DNA from: a virus | Strand: one strand, 5' to 3' | IMG/VR virus record: IMGVR_UViG_3300034021_001440 | Span: 48,419 to 112,418 of that record | DNA length: 64,000 nt | Shown here: piece after piece, positions 1-9,900 of the stretch | Numbering within the stretch: position 1 is the stretch's first letter | Layout: each line of letters starts with the position of its first letter | Notes under the pieces: generated by a model | Seen by the model: only the letters and a program-made list of their open reading frames with translations | Told to the model about the DNA's origin: nothing | The model's database searches: none | Program-made: the position numbers and the translations under genes

Positions 1-1230
1 ATGATTTGTTTGGTTGAGTTTCCCGCACCGGTGCAAGCCCCTCTCGGGCAGGTGCGTGACTATCTGAGGCAGAAAAATAATGTTCAACCAGGAAGTATCC
101 AGGACAAGCGTCTGAACGCGGCCCTGGGCAAACTCTCCAGTGTTCTCAAAGTTGAGGGCCAAGAGGCCCCGTCAAAACGCACGGGTTTGGCAAAGCCAAC
201 GGTTGAGTGGAAACGAGATGAAAAGAGGGCAGAAAGACAAGGCATTCTGTGGAAAGAAGTTCAAGGGTTGAAGAAGCGTCGAAACCTGCTGGGTGAGGCT
301 GAGTTTGAGCGGGAGGCAATGCGTGCCCTTCACAAGGATGCGATGTCACGGGGTCTCCGACTGCCTCGCGCAGAATTGGAAATGATCTTGGATGTTCTTC
401 CAAAAAATGTTCAAACATCTCTCGCAAAGTCTGGAAGAGCAGAAAGTGGTCAGTGGTATAATGGAAAGGATGAAAATGGAAATGTGATCTTCTCTAGAAC
501 CCCAGGCAAGGAAAGAGCTCTCGCTGTGCTCGACATGTGGTTTCGCCAGGGTGGCACAGATGCCTATCAGGGGAGAGGTGGCCGAGTGTGGGCACCACCC
601 GATCTCGACATTGAGCACATGCGCTCACTCTCACAGGGTGGCAGGGACACCCCGTCCAACTGGATCTTGGCACGAGCTGGTGCTCAGCGAGCACGTCAGG
701 CTCAACCTCTTGGCAAGTGGATTGATCGATTGCCGTCTTCCAAAGAGGAATACCAAACATATTTGTCAAACTATGCGAAAGAACGCCGAGCAAAGCAAGC
801 ACGAAAAGCGCGATTGGCTCTGGTTGATCCGAAAAAAATTGGAGACGGGGAACTTTTCAGCAAAGGTGGAAAGACACTGGCAGAAATTTTCCGTGGAGAA
901 AACGGGGGAAGAACCCCTGACACTTTCACAAAAGAGTGGTTGGGGATTGCAAGTTCTGGGGGACGGAAAGGAAACTCCGGGCCTCCCGCACCTTTCGCCA
1001 AAGGACTGGCTCTCATTGCAAAAGCAGAAGGTCTTCCCAAGGCACGGGCAGTTGGAAACACAATGAAGCGAATGTGGAACGATGACTGGAAAGCACAAGG
1101 AAACATAACCAAGCAGCAAGCCTTCAAACAAATGGTGTCCGAAATGGAGAAAAGTTTGACCAGCGAACAATTCAACAACCTTTTCCTGCCCTCAGCGCAA
1201 GCATGGGCCAGAGCCAACGATTTCCTGTAG
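1..1230 (+). CDS. HNH-domain protein, probably 5'-truncated by the window edge; putative virion-associated effector
   Basis: HNH-like signature DAYQG...LDIEHMRSLSQGGRDTPSNWIL. First residues MICLVEFP match the internal MVCLVELP of the kinase at 5479. Confidence 0.65.
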   Translation: MICLVEFPAPVQAPLGQVRDYLRQKNNVQPGSIQDKRLNAALGKLSSVLKVEGQEAPSKRTGLAKPTVEWKRDEKRAERQGILWKEVQGLKKRRNLLGEAEFEREAMRALHKDAMSRGLRLPRAELEMILDVLPKNVQTSLAKSGRAESGQWYNGKDENGNVIFSRTPGKERALAVLDMWFRQGGTDAYQGRGGRVWAPPDLDIEHMRSLSQGGRDTPSNWILARAGAQRARQAQPLGKWIDRLPSSKEEYQTYLSNYAKERRAKQARKARLALVDPKKIGDGELFSKGGKTLAEIFRGENGGRTPDTFTKEWLGIASSGGRKGNSGPPAPFAKGLALIAKAEGLPKARAVGNTMKRMWNDDWKAQGNITKQQAFKQMVSEMEKSLTSEQFNNLFLPSAQAWARANDFL

Positions 1231-1234
1231 GGAC

Positions 1235-1567
1235 ATGAGAAAAGACACGCGTTTTCGTCGCCCTGAGCGGGCAGACATTGAGTCAAAACTTCCCAAGAAA
1301 ATCCTCTCAGACCCTCAAGCACTCGGCGTCTGGAACATGATGCTCCAGTGTGACGACCCTTCAGACGTTTCTCACAAGTATCGATCATACCGAGACAGCG
1401 CACATTGCACTGTGCCTCGAGAGCATTTACGAGCGATGCGAGACACTATGATAACGGCAATGAGGGAAGAAAACAGCAAAGACCCCAAACCAAGAAAAGA
1501 GAGGAAACAAGGAGTTCATTACACTGGTCACAATAACGGTTGGCTACCCCAGAGGAAAGGCGCATGA
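1235..1567 (+). CDS. hypothetical protein (110 aa)
   Basis: ATG 4 nt after the previous stop; ATGA overlap with the next gene. Confidence 0.65.
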   Translation: MRKDTRFRRPERADIESKLPKKILSDPQALGVWNMMLQCDDPSDVSHKYRSYRDSAHCTVPREHLRAMRDTMITAMREENSKDPKPRKERKQGVHYTGHNNGWLPQRKGA

Positions 1568-1917
1568 ACGTCACCAAAGAAATTGAAAGACACCGCCTTC
1601 CCTGCGGAGCGGCAACCATCGCGATCGACGGAGTTTGCCGTCGTCGTTTGAGGGATCACTTTGACGCACTGCTGGACAAGTTGGCCAATGAGGTCAATCC
1701 AGAGGGGGTCGATAAGGATATCCTTGAAATGGAGGAAGATGTCGAGATTCCTGAACCTCCCGCACCGGAAGAGACTCGCGAAGAGAAGAAAAAGCGTTTG
1801 ATCGCTGAAGGGAAGCTGAGAGCAGAAGTGAACAAAGAGGTTGGCAAGTACAAAGAAAAACTGATGGGCAACAGCAAAATGCTGCAGGATATCTCGGGTA
1901 AAATCAAGAAACGGTAA
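1564..1917 (+). CDS. hypothetical charged protein
   Basis: ATG at 1564 overlaps the upstream TGA. Confidence 0.65.
   Translation: MNVTKEIERHRLPCGAATIAIDGVCRRRLRDHFDALLDKLANEVNPEGVDKDILEMEEDVEIPEPPAPEETREEKKKRLIAEGKLRAEVNKEVGKYKEKLMGNSKMLQDISGKIKKR
1896..1903 (+). promoter_or_regulatory. GGGTAAAA putative late promoter
   Basis: Recurring motif, 31 nt before ATG 1927. Confidence 0.55.
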
Positions 1918-1926
1918 TCAACCAAC

Positions 1927-2277
1927 ATGACAAATCGTATTGGTGGCGACTTCAATCAAGACGCCATGGAAGCCTTTCGTGCCGCATATGCTCAACAACT
2001 GAGCACTCCCGATGAGGACGGTGTGGCCAATAACTCTGGTCTTCCGACGAATGTAGTGACAAATACTTCACCCTGGATCGAGCACACTGGGCTGTGGAAA
2101 TACCCCAGTGGCAAAGGTCCGGATGAAGATTTGAAAACTCCATTTGACCCGAATCAGTATCTTTCCGACGTTATCTCTGACGATGATGAGGAAGCCGACA
2201 GCTTGAGTGAAGAAGAAGTCGAGCACCTGATCAATGAAATCACTGGATCTGAGGACGAAGAAGAAGAGGCTGAGTAG
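1927..2277 (+). CDS. acidic hypothetical protein, putative head/internal protein
   Basis: N-terminal leader GGDFNQDAMEAFRAAYAQ resembles those of neighbouring genes; acidic tail. Confidence 0.65.
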   Translation: MTNRIGGDFNQDAMEAFRAAYAQQLSTPDEDGVANNSGLPTNVVTNTSPWIEHTGLWKYPSGKGPDEDLKTPFDPNQYLSDVISDDDEEADSLSEEEVEHLINEITGSEDEEEEAE

Positions 2278-2284
2278 GGTAAAA
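2277..2284 (+). promoter_or_regulatory. GGGTAAAA putative late promoter
   Basis: 33 nt before ATG 2310. Confidence 0.65.
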
Positions 2285-2309
2285 AGCATACATAGCCTGT
2301 GGTCCAATT

Positions 2310-2951
2310 ATGTTCTTCACTGCCCCGAGAGTGATTCCTGAACCTCCCGTTGATGGATTCCCCTCCACCAACCCTCGTCAGGCAGGGTACAACGAGGACA
2401 TCAAACAGCGTCTGGCTGGTAAAGACGAGGAAGGGAAAGAGCGTCTTCTGGATGCCCTGCGCTTTGCGTTTTGGATGAGCCCGAATCTGCCCGGCGTTGA
2501 GCTTCTGGTCAGTTCTGCACCTGTGATTACTCTCCACGACCTGGAGGGTGAGTTTGACATTACCATCAATCACGGAAGCGCCGCCTTTTCCGTTCATGAG
2601 AGTCCCTATGGCGATTCTACTCTGGAGGATCAAAGGGTGGCCCTCGGTCGCAGGTTGCTGAAGAACTGGAACACTTTGATCGCTCATTTGCCCGAAGGTT
2701 TTATTATCTACGGTCCCGACGTTGATCTCAACCACCCCACTTTCCCTGTTCGGGAAAGAGTTTTGCAAGGCTTGGGTTTTGCTCCGGTAGAGGCCAACGG
2801 TGACCGCATGGCGATTGTTCGCGGTGGCCAACTGTCTCCTTTGACTGCTTTTCAGCACCACGAACTGACCGGGGAGGATGGCCCGGCTCATTTGTACAAT
2901 CAGCGTCTCTGCGTCGAAGAGATTGTCTGGGGCAGCAAGGAGGCTGAGTGA
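2310..2951 (+). CDS. hypothetical protein (213 aa)
   Basis: ORF after the promoter motif; TGATG coupling to the next gene. Confidence 0.65.
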   Translation: MFFTAPRVIPEPPVDGFPSTNPRQAGYNEDIKQRLAGKDEEGKERLLDALRFAFWMSPNLPGVELLVSSAPVITLHDLEGEFDITINHGSAAFSVHESPYGDSTLEDQRVALGRRLLKNWNTLIAHLPEGFIIYGPDVDLNHPTFPVRERVLQGLGFAPVEANGDRMAIVRGGQLSPLTAFQHHELTGEDGPAHLYNQRLCVEEIVWGSKEAE

Positions 2952-3661
2952 TGTACGGTTCCAACTTTGATTTCAGTGGTGTTGTTCTTCCCGGCGCTGG
3001 CGGTCAAATCAACGCCAGCAACGCCATCAGTGGCGATCAACTTGCCAAAATGAATAAGACCGGTAAAAAATGGCGTCCCGACGCAGATGGTTTTATGTCC
3101 AACCACAATGAGAACATCCTGAAGATGAACGCCGAGCACCGCGAAAAGCGTGCTGGGCTTGTCAATCGGGACTATAACGAGAACGCTGACGGCAAAGATG
3201 CGATGAAGGAAATCTTCGATCGCAAAAAAGCTCGAATGTCTTCTTTCAAAGAGATGAAGAAGAATGAGTATGGCTTTGCGGAAGGGGACTCGCAAGACTC
3301 AGAGCTTCTGAGCATGCCCCTGCCAGCATTCAAAGACCACACCTGCAAAGGCCCTGGTTGCCCGATCTGCACCAGCCAGAAGTATGCGGAGATGTCATTC
3401 AGAGAGTGGAGCACCGAAAAGCGCAAGGCGCTCAAAGAGGGCAAAGTCAAGGGCGAATTTGCGGGTCCTGACATGAGCTTTCCGATTGCCAGCCCTGTGG
3501 ATGTTGCCGCAGCATGGTCTTCTGTGGGCCGCGCCGCCAATCCTCGGGCCATCATGAAGCGCATCATCTCGATTGCCAAAAAGCATGGCTGGGAGTCGGG
3601 TCTCCCGGAGTCCGTCAAGAAACGTCTGGCAGCTGGTGAATCTGGTTTGCCAACGGAGTGA
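2951..3661 (+). CDS. putative head-associated protein with C-terminal DUF6582-like domain
   Basis: FAGPDMSFPIASPVDVAAAWSSVGRA...KRIISIAKKHG resembles a small basic domain of phage head proteins; FAE and YAE motifs. Confidence 0.5.
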   Translation: MYGSNFDFSGVVLPGAGGQINASNAISGDQLAKMNKTGKKWRPDADGFMSNHNENILKMNAEHREKRAGLVNRDYNENADGKDAMKEIFDRKKARMSSFKEMKKNEYGFAEGDSQDSELLSMPLPAFKDHTCKGPGCPICTSQKYAEMSFREWSTEKRKALKEGKVKGEFAGPDMSFPIASPVDVAAAWSSVGRAANPRAIMKRIISIAKKHGWESGLPESVKKRLAAGESGLPTE

Positions 3662-3664
3662 GCC

Positions 3665-3985
3665 ATGGGGCTTGACATTCTTGGCGTAGTTGCCTCAATT
3701 GCGACTATCATATCCGGACTCGGTTGGGTTCTTGACAGAAACTCCAAAAAGTTTGCGTCAATGCAACAAGCGAGTTCCGACATGCTGACAAACTTTGGTG
3801 CCAAAGTTGAAAGACTCGACCAAACTCTCACCGAGGTTCGTCTCACTCTTCCAGAAAAGTATGTGACGAAAGAAGAGTTATTGATGCACATCCGGGGGGA
3901 AGAAACCTGGCACAATTCGATTGATCGCCGCCTTGACGATATCCGTGACGAACTTTCCTCCCTACGTGAATGGAGACACCGATGA
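3665..3985 (+). CDS. single-TM coiled-coil membrane protein (holin/XhlA-like architecture)
   Basis: N-terminal hydrophobic helix ILGVVASIATIISGLGWVL followed by heptad-like sequence. Confidence 0.55.
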   Translation: MGLDILGVVASIATIISGLGWVLDRNSKKFASMQQASSDMLTNFGAKVERLDQTLTEVRLTLPEKYVTKEELLMHIRGEETWHNSIDRRLDDIRDELSSLREWRHR

Positions 3986-4581
3986 ACTTTGATGACTACG
4001 ACTGGGAACGCCTTGAAGGTCTTGGCTTTGCTGAGGATGCTCGTGAAGAGCTGAAGAAAGCATGTTGGAAAGGCTATGAGGCCATTGGTGTAAAACAAAA
4101 GAATGGGCGCACCGTGCCCAACTGTGTGCCTAAGAAGAAAAAGAAAAGTCTGAGTTCTAATCACGGGGAGCAGTTTGACATCAACAAGCCAAACGACATC
4201 AATGACATGGCCATCGGCAATGCCCTGCCGAAAGTGCCTGCCACCGGCCCTGTGAAAAATCCACAGATGGGTGAGCAAAAGATTCGCATGCCTCGCATGG
4301 AAGAGATCAAAAAAGCCAACGCCAATAATGGGCAACTGGCCATGGCTGCTGCTCCCAACTATGCCGAGACTGAAGACTTCAACGATGCGTTTCATTCCGA
4401 CGAGCCAAATGCCCGGATGATCATCACGCAACTGCGAGTGATGCGAGAAAAGATTGACATCATGCTCGGAATGATGTATCCCGATGACAACTTTGAACCC
4501 TGGGTGGCAACCAAAATTGCCAACGCCGGAGTTGGAGTTGCCAGTGTTGCCGACTATCTTCGCTTTGGGGGAGAAACGTGA
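3982..4581 (+). CDS. hypothetical protein with CWKGY...VPNCVP motif, putative internal head protein
   Basis: ACWKGYEAIGVKQKNGRTVPNCVP is a motif common in cyanomyovirus hypothetical proteins; ATGA overlap. Confidence 0.65.
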   Translation: MNFDDYDWERLEGLGFAEDAREELKKACWKGYEAIGVKQKNGRTVPNCVPKKKKKSLSSNHGEQFDINKPNDINDMAIGNALPKVPATGPVKNPQMGEQKIRMPRMEEIKKANANNGQLAMAAAPNYAETEDFNDAFHSDEPNARMIITQLRVMREKIDIMLGMMYPDDNFEPWVATKIANAGVGVASVADYLRFGGET

Positions 4582-4910
4582 TGTTTGGATCATTTCCTGA
4601 CGATGTGCTTGAGGATTTCTTTCAGAGCTATGCTGAAAGAATCGACAAAGACAAAATGCCTTGCAACAAACCCAAGGCACAAGCGGTGGGTGACTCACTG
4701 ACTGGAAAGTCACATGTAGTCAAGGCATGCGCAAACGGCAAAGAAAAAGTCATTCGCTTTGGGCAGCGCGGTGTGAAAGGGTCACCAAAGAAAGAGGGTG
4801 AGTCCGCAGCATACGCAAGTCGTCGCAAGCGTTTCAAAACTCGGCACGCAAAAAATATTGCCAAAGGCCCCATGAGTGCGGCCTACTGGGCAAATAAAGT
4901 TAAATGGTAA
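4581..4910 (+). CDS. small basic hypothetical protein, putative DNA-binding head protein
   Basis: KVIRFGQRG...RRKRFKTRH...SAAYWANKVKW motif after an acidic leader ending in YAE. Confidence 0.65.
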   Translation: MFGSFPDDVLEDFFQSYAERIDKDKMPCNKPKAQAVGDSLTGKSHVVKACANGKEKVIRFGQRGVKGSPKKEGESAAYASRRKRFKTRHAKNIAKGPMSAAYWANKVKW

Positions 4911-4913
4911 CAA

Positions 4914-4921
4914 GGGTAAAA
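4914..4921 (+). promoter_or_regulatory. GGGTAAAA putative late promoter
   Basis: 35 nt before ATG 4949. Confidence 0.65.
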
Positions 4922-4948
4922 CCCTACATATAATGTCTCTGTCCGGCA

Positions 4949-5473
4949 ATGCGAAAGGACTCCATCAACAATGAAGCCCTTGAAAAGGCTTATCTGATTT
5001 ACAAAGAGCACGGTCACGAAATTGTTGACTATGACTTTTCGCACGCGCCGACCGACTATCAGCGGGGCACCGTGCGTGAGCCAGAGCAGGTCTCTGTCGT
5101 CGAAGGTGCTTTCAAAGAGCTGGTGAACCCTGCCAACGTTTCCAACGGTTTCCGCTATGAAGACCTGAAGAGCAAGGCTGATGCCCTGGATGCTCGTATC
5201 GACGAGCAACAGAACAAGCTGCGTGTGTGTCGCCTGCGCGGAAACTTCCAAGAGTTTCACAGGTGTATGCAAGAAATGCAAGATATGATCAAAGAGAAAG
5301 AGCGCCTTGACGCCAAAATGGCTGTCGCCGCTCCGGGTGGAAACGCCGGTCAAAAGCAAATGGATGACTATAATCGCACCTACGATCAAAACGATAACTA
5401 CTCTGAAATAACCAGCATTGCAGATCGCATCGCTGCCCTCGAAGAGCAAATCAAGGCATACATGGAGGGGTGA
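4949..5473 (+). CDS. coiled-coil hypothetical protein
   Basis: ORF after the promoter motif; heptad patterns. Confidence 0.65.
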   Translation: MRKDSINNEALEKAYLIYKEHGHEIVDYDFSHAPTDYQRGTVREPEQVSVVEGAFKELVNPANVSNGFRYEDLKSKADALDARIDEQQNKLRVCRLRGNFQEFHRCMQEMQDMIKEKERLDAKMAVAAPGGNAGQKQMDDYNRTYDQNDNYSEITSIADRIAALEEQIKAYMEG

Positions 5474-5478
5474 TCCCC

Positions 5479-6732
5479 ATGCTGTCACGCCAACCTACTG
5501 CTTCCGACATTCGATCTGCCAAAAGCCGTGCCACAGGGGGAGGACGGAAACGTTGCCGCCGTGGAAAGAATTGTTCCGCCGCTTGCATTCAAGCAAGCAT
5601 GGTGTGCCTTGTTGAACTGCCAGAGTCCGCAGGTGTCAATCTTTCGAGGGCTTCGTCGTTCTTGAGCAAACGCGCACCGAGCTTGCCGAGCAGTATGAAG
5701 AGGGAACTTGCCGGGCTCGGTGGTGGTCCCACGGATGTATTGGACGTCAAAGCAAAAACAGTTGAAAGAAAAACAGAAGGCAAGCCGCCGTGGTCAGCCA
5801 CAGGAAATACCAAGTGGGCACGAGAGGATGCCGAAGACTTTGACTCTGCCTTGGTCGCAAAGGGCAAGACAGAGCCGCTGCGAAGAGTGGGAGATAAATC
5901 TTATGACAAGTGGGATGATAGCTATGGGAGCGGTGCTTCAAAGGTTGGGGAAGGATCTTATGGAGCCGTCATTCGCAACAAAGACGGCACATATGTGAAG
6001 AGAGGAGCCATCTCTGACACCGAGGCCGAGTTGATTGAGCGGGTGGGGAGAGCAGATATCGGCCCTCGCCTGAAGGCAGCAGACATTGACGGAAAACACG
6101 ACTGGCACGACGAAAAATTTGTAGACGTGCGTGAAGGCCGCATCGCAATGACTGGTGTTCCCGGCAAGCCAATTGGTGACACTGCCTTTCCGGATACAAA
6201 GCTGGGAGGGAGAAATGCCGCTGATGTGTATTGGGGTGCCCTTGGCAATTTACACCGGCTCGGTATTGCCCATAATGATGCGCACATTGATAACATCCTT
6301 GTGGACGACAAGGGCAAAGGGCGCTGGGTGGACTTGGGACTGGCACAGGCTAATCCAAAAGCAGCCTTTCTAGAAGCCTTTGGAACTTTTACACCGGCAA
6401 ACAAGTCGGGAGGGTCCAACTGGAAAGAAGGAAATTGGCAAACTTCTCGATGGCGAGCAACCGGAGTTGAAGACTATTTCAAACGAAATGACTTTGGAAG
6501 AGGAAAAGAGTTTCTTCAAGACGGAAAGTATAAAGAATTTCGTACAGTCGTTGAGAACCAGCCGAAAGTTCTAAACAAACTGAGAACTATGGGTTTCTCT
6601 GTTTCTGAAATTGACCAACTCATTAGAACTCCCATTCGCTCCACTCCGGAGACTTTTCAACAAGGCCCTTGGGCAAAAATGACAGACACCCAAGCCAAAG
6701 AACTCATCAACATTTTCTACGATGGCATCTAA
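5479..6732 (+). CDS. protein kinase-like enzyme with N-terminal Cys4 motif
   Basis: G-loop VGEGSYG, Lys in YVKRG, catalytic loop HNDAHIDNIL, DLG motif; N-terminal CRRGKNCSAACIQASMVC. Start may be GTG 5470. Confidence 0.8.
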   Translation: MLSRQPTASDIRSAKSRATGGGRKRCRRGKNCSAACIQASMVCLVELPESAGVNLSRASSFLSKRAPSLPSSMKRELAGLGGGPTDVLDVKAKTVERKTEGKPPWSATGNTKWAREDAEDFDSALVAKGKTEPLRRVGDKSYDKWDDSYGSGASKVGEGSYGAVIRNKDGTYVKRGAISDTEAELIERVGRADIGPRLKAADIDGKHDWHDEKFVDVREGRIAMTGVPGKPIGDTAFPDTKLGGRNAADVYWGALGNLHRLGIAHNDAHIDNILVDDKGKGRWVDLGLAQANPKAAFLEAFGTFTPANKSGGSNWKEGNWQTSRWRATGVEDYFKRNDFGRGKEFLQDGKYKEFRTVVENQPKVLNKLRTMGFSVSEIDQLIRTPIRSTPETFQQGPWAKMTDTQAKELINIFYDGI

Positions 6733-6889
6733 AAAAGACGACAAAGACTATGGGATTTTGATGGCTCAGTACAAGAACTTGAGAACCAAAGACCCGGAGA
6801 ACGCAATAAAATACCTTGAAGGCGCAATGAAGTTGCGAGAGCAAGGAAACGTGAGTGAAGATGCTGTGATAGGGTCTGCGTATCTGTAG
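6722..6889 (+). CDS. 55-aa small protein overlapping the kinase stop (not in the ORF track)
   Basis: Manual translation MASKKDDKDYGILMAQYKNLRTKDPENAIKYLEGAMKLREQGNVSEDAVIGSAYL; fills the gap up to the next promoter. Confidence 0.65.
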   Translation: MASKKDDKDYGILMAQYKNLRTKDPENAIKYLEGAMKLREQGNVSEDAVIGSAYL

Positions 6890-6890
6890 C

Positions 6891-6898
6891 GGGTAAAG
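6891..6898 (+). promoter_or_regulatory. GGGTAAAG putative late promoter
   Basis: 56 nt before ATG 6947. Confidence 0.55.
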
Positions 6899-6946
6899 TT
6901 ATGGAAAGCGTGTCTTCACACGCGCACAACTTTGCTCTTCAGCACG

Positions 6947-9900
6947 ATGGCAGCGACCAAGATTATTCTCAAGCGATCCTCCCTTCCCGGAAAGCGCCCC
7001 AATACCAATAACCTGGAAGCGGGGGAAATCGCCCTCAACACAAACGCGAACGAACCCGGTCTGTTTTTTGAAGTCACAGACGGGCAAATCGTCAAAGCTG
7101 GTCCGACTGCCTATCTGCCTGACGCCCCGACAGTTTCTCCAGCGCGAGGAGAACTGTGGGTTGACACCGACACAAAGTCCCTGAGTATTGGCACTCCCAC
7201 AAACGAGTGGCAAAAAGTTGCTGCCCCGTTTCTGGGTGGCACTGCTGCCCTGACTGTTTTTGTTGCGCCCGATTTTCCGGAAGCCACTGATTCCTTGGCC
7301 AATGACGGTCAGTCCGTGCCGTTCGTGACAATCAACCGTGCCATTCTTGAGGTCACCAAGAAGATCATTCTCGACGCCAACAATGGCTTGAGCAGCGGCA
7401 ACAACCGCTATCTGATTGTTCTGGCTCCCAGTTCGCACTGTGTGGTCAATGGCCCTGGCGCAACTCTGGGTGAGTTCACAGCCAACTTTGATAGCCCTTA
7501 TACAGAAGTCACTCAACAGGCCCTTCAACAGTTCAACGTTCCCACAGTTGGTGGTCTAATTCTGCCTCGTGGTGTGTCCATCATCGGCATGGACCTCAAG
7601 AAAAGCGAGGTTCATCCAGTGTATGTGCCAAAATACACCCACCCTGCTTTCCCGATCAACTATAAGCAAACTTCGACTGGGCCGGTCTACCAGAACCAGC
7701 CCCTGTCCAGCATCTTCCGATGGTCGGGCAACACCTATGTCAGCAACTTCAACTGCTTTGACAAACTCACTGAGCGAGTGGTGAACTCCGTTCGTGTTGA
7801 CGAGACGACGGGCGTGGCCATCTTCAGCAGCCCCCGCCCTCACGGTCTGAACTTCAACGATTTCGTTCAAGTCACATATTCCAACATCGCCGACCAGGCC
7901 GGAGCAACTTTTGCCAACGGCGCATACTATGCCAATCCAGTCAACTCGTTTGAGTTTCAGCTTTCTCTCAATAACTGGGAGACTCTGGGCACCACCGGGG
8001 TATTGGCATCAACCCTGCCAACCTCGTTCACTCTGCCCGTCAGCAACGGCAAGGTGAAACTTCAGGTTGATAACATTTATCCATACTACATTCCCTCGGA
8101 CGGTGTTTCCTACGAGTTGTCGAACTACTCTCACCACCGTCTGAGTGTTTTCAAGAACTGCTCTCTCCAAGATCTCAACGATTTCTACATCAAAGTTCAA
8201 CTTGCTTTCCCAACTCTGTTCGGTGGCTCGGTTGACAAGAATGTGGCAACTGCTCCCGAGTATCAGATTGTTGCCGAGGCGCAAACTCTGTATCCCCAGA
8301 ACATCCTGTCAAACAGCGCCTCAAACTCTTCCCCCTACGAGAACCAAGTCAATCACCGTTCCAACTATGGGATGGCAAACGTTGACGCAGACGGGGAAAT
8401 TGTCAGCGGCTTCAAGTCAATCATCGTCAATTCTTCCACGGCGGTCATACTTCAGAAAGACCCTTGTGCTTATGAAGTCTATGCCGACTCGGATCAGATC
8501 TGGCGCACTCTGACGACGACTGCGCAGTCCCGGATGCCTCTGGATACTCCGATCTGGTCAGTTCCCACAGATTTTCAGCTGGAGATTTTGAACGAAGCGT
8601 CCATTCCCAACATTCGTTATTATTACACAACCCTGCTGGTGACCTCGGGCCAAAGCACCGGCCTGACTGACATCGATAACGATTTCCGTCACTTTGGTTT
8701 CCGAATTCGCGGTGCTGGCGCCTACATGCAGGCACAGTCCACCTACACAATCGGTGCTGCCATTGGTTGCTGGGCAATGGGTGGTGCCTTGATGAACCTC
8801 ACCAGCGCAACTTCAAACTTCGGTTCCATTGCGTTTCAGGCCGAAGGTTTTGCCGGCATCGGCACCCTGGGTGGAGCAACTCAGGTGGGTCAAGGCTTCC
8901 TGCAATCTGGCATTGTTCGCCCTCTCGCTCTGACTGAGCCCCAGGTTGTTTCAGACTTCCAGAAGAAAATTCTTCCTCTCGGAAGCCGAGTGGTTCACAT
9001 TGGCGACGATCCGACGAATGCCGAAGTGACCCTGATTTATCTACGTCAAGCATTTGATCCCGCAAGCATTCTGCCGTTCTCTCTCAAGCCGGGGAGTGCT
9101 GTGTTCCTGGGTGACGCCACATGCACATACGTTGCCTATTTTGTGGACAACGGAGAGCCCACCTGTATTCTATCTGAGTCCAACCCTGCTGTCAACCCAT
9201 ACGCCCCTGGCGGTGCCATTCTGCGCGTCAGAAAGTCTGACTCCAACCTGCCCTCGGGAGGGGTGTCAGAAACTAGCTTCCCATACATTCGCCGTTTCAT
9301 TGACCCTCGCGCAGACACGGAAAAGTGCTACGGATTCTACGTGGAGTCCACCAACCCTGGCTCTCAAGCTCCGCAAACGGGAGCAGTGCTGCGCCTCAAC
9401 CAGGTGGGCAAAGATCTGTCGACGACCATTAAGCGCAACTACCAGTTTGACCCTGGGCAGTTTGGTGGAATTGCACAGACTTTCACCGTTGACCAAGTTG
9501 AGACCGTTCAGTATAACTTCTCCCTCAACTATAACAACAAGGTTTCCGACTCGGCACAGTCCACAGCTTATGCGGTGTATGCGTCGTTGAGTGACAACTC
9601 GGGACCTTGGATTCAGTCGTATCCTGTGAATGGGGTTCAGGTTCCTTTCAACACTCAGGAAGGAAACTACATCACCAACAACTACCGCAACTATTACGCA
9701 GCAGAGAATAACCTCTGGTCTGCTTTGTACTACTCGACAACTTTCAACCCCGAGAACGGGCCGACGAAAGTGTCTCCCAACAAGGCAGACTCACCGTTTG
9801 TGCCTGCGGCCATTCTGGATCGCCAGGAAAACATTCGGGATGCCTGGCAGGGATACGTTCCTGATCCGTACTACTCCTACTACATCAGCGGTGTTCCTGC

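Noticed and set aside
1-1230. Cas9/IscB-like nuclease
   Set aside because: Only an HNH-like motif is visible; no RuvC motifs, CRISPR array or ncRNA-sized gap nearby.
3172-4713. 513-aa minus-strand ORF
   Set aside because: Antisense to four tightly coupled plus-strand genes; no motifs.
6729-6929. Minus-strand 66-aa ORF from the track
   Set aside because: Better explained as the antisense of the plus-strand 6722-6889 ORF, which fits gene packing.
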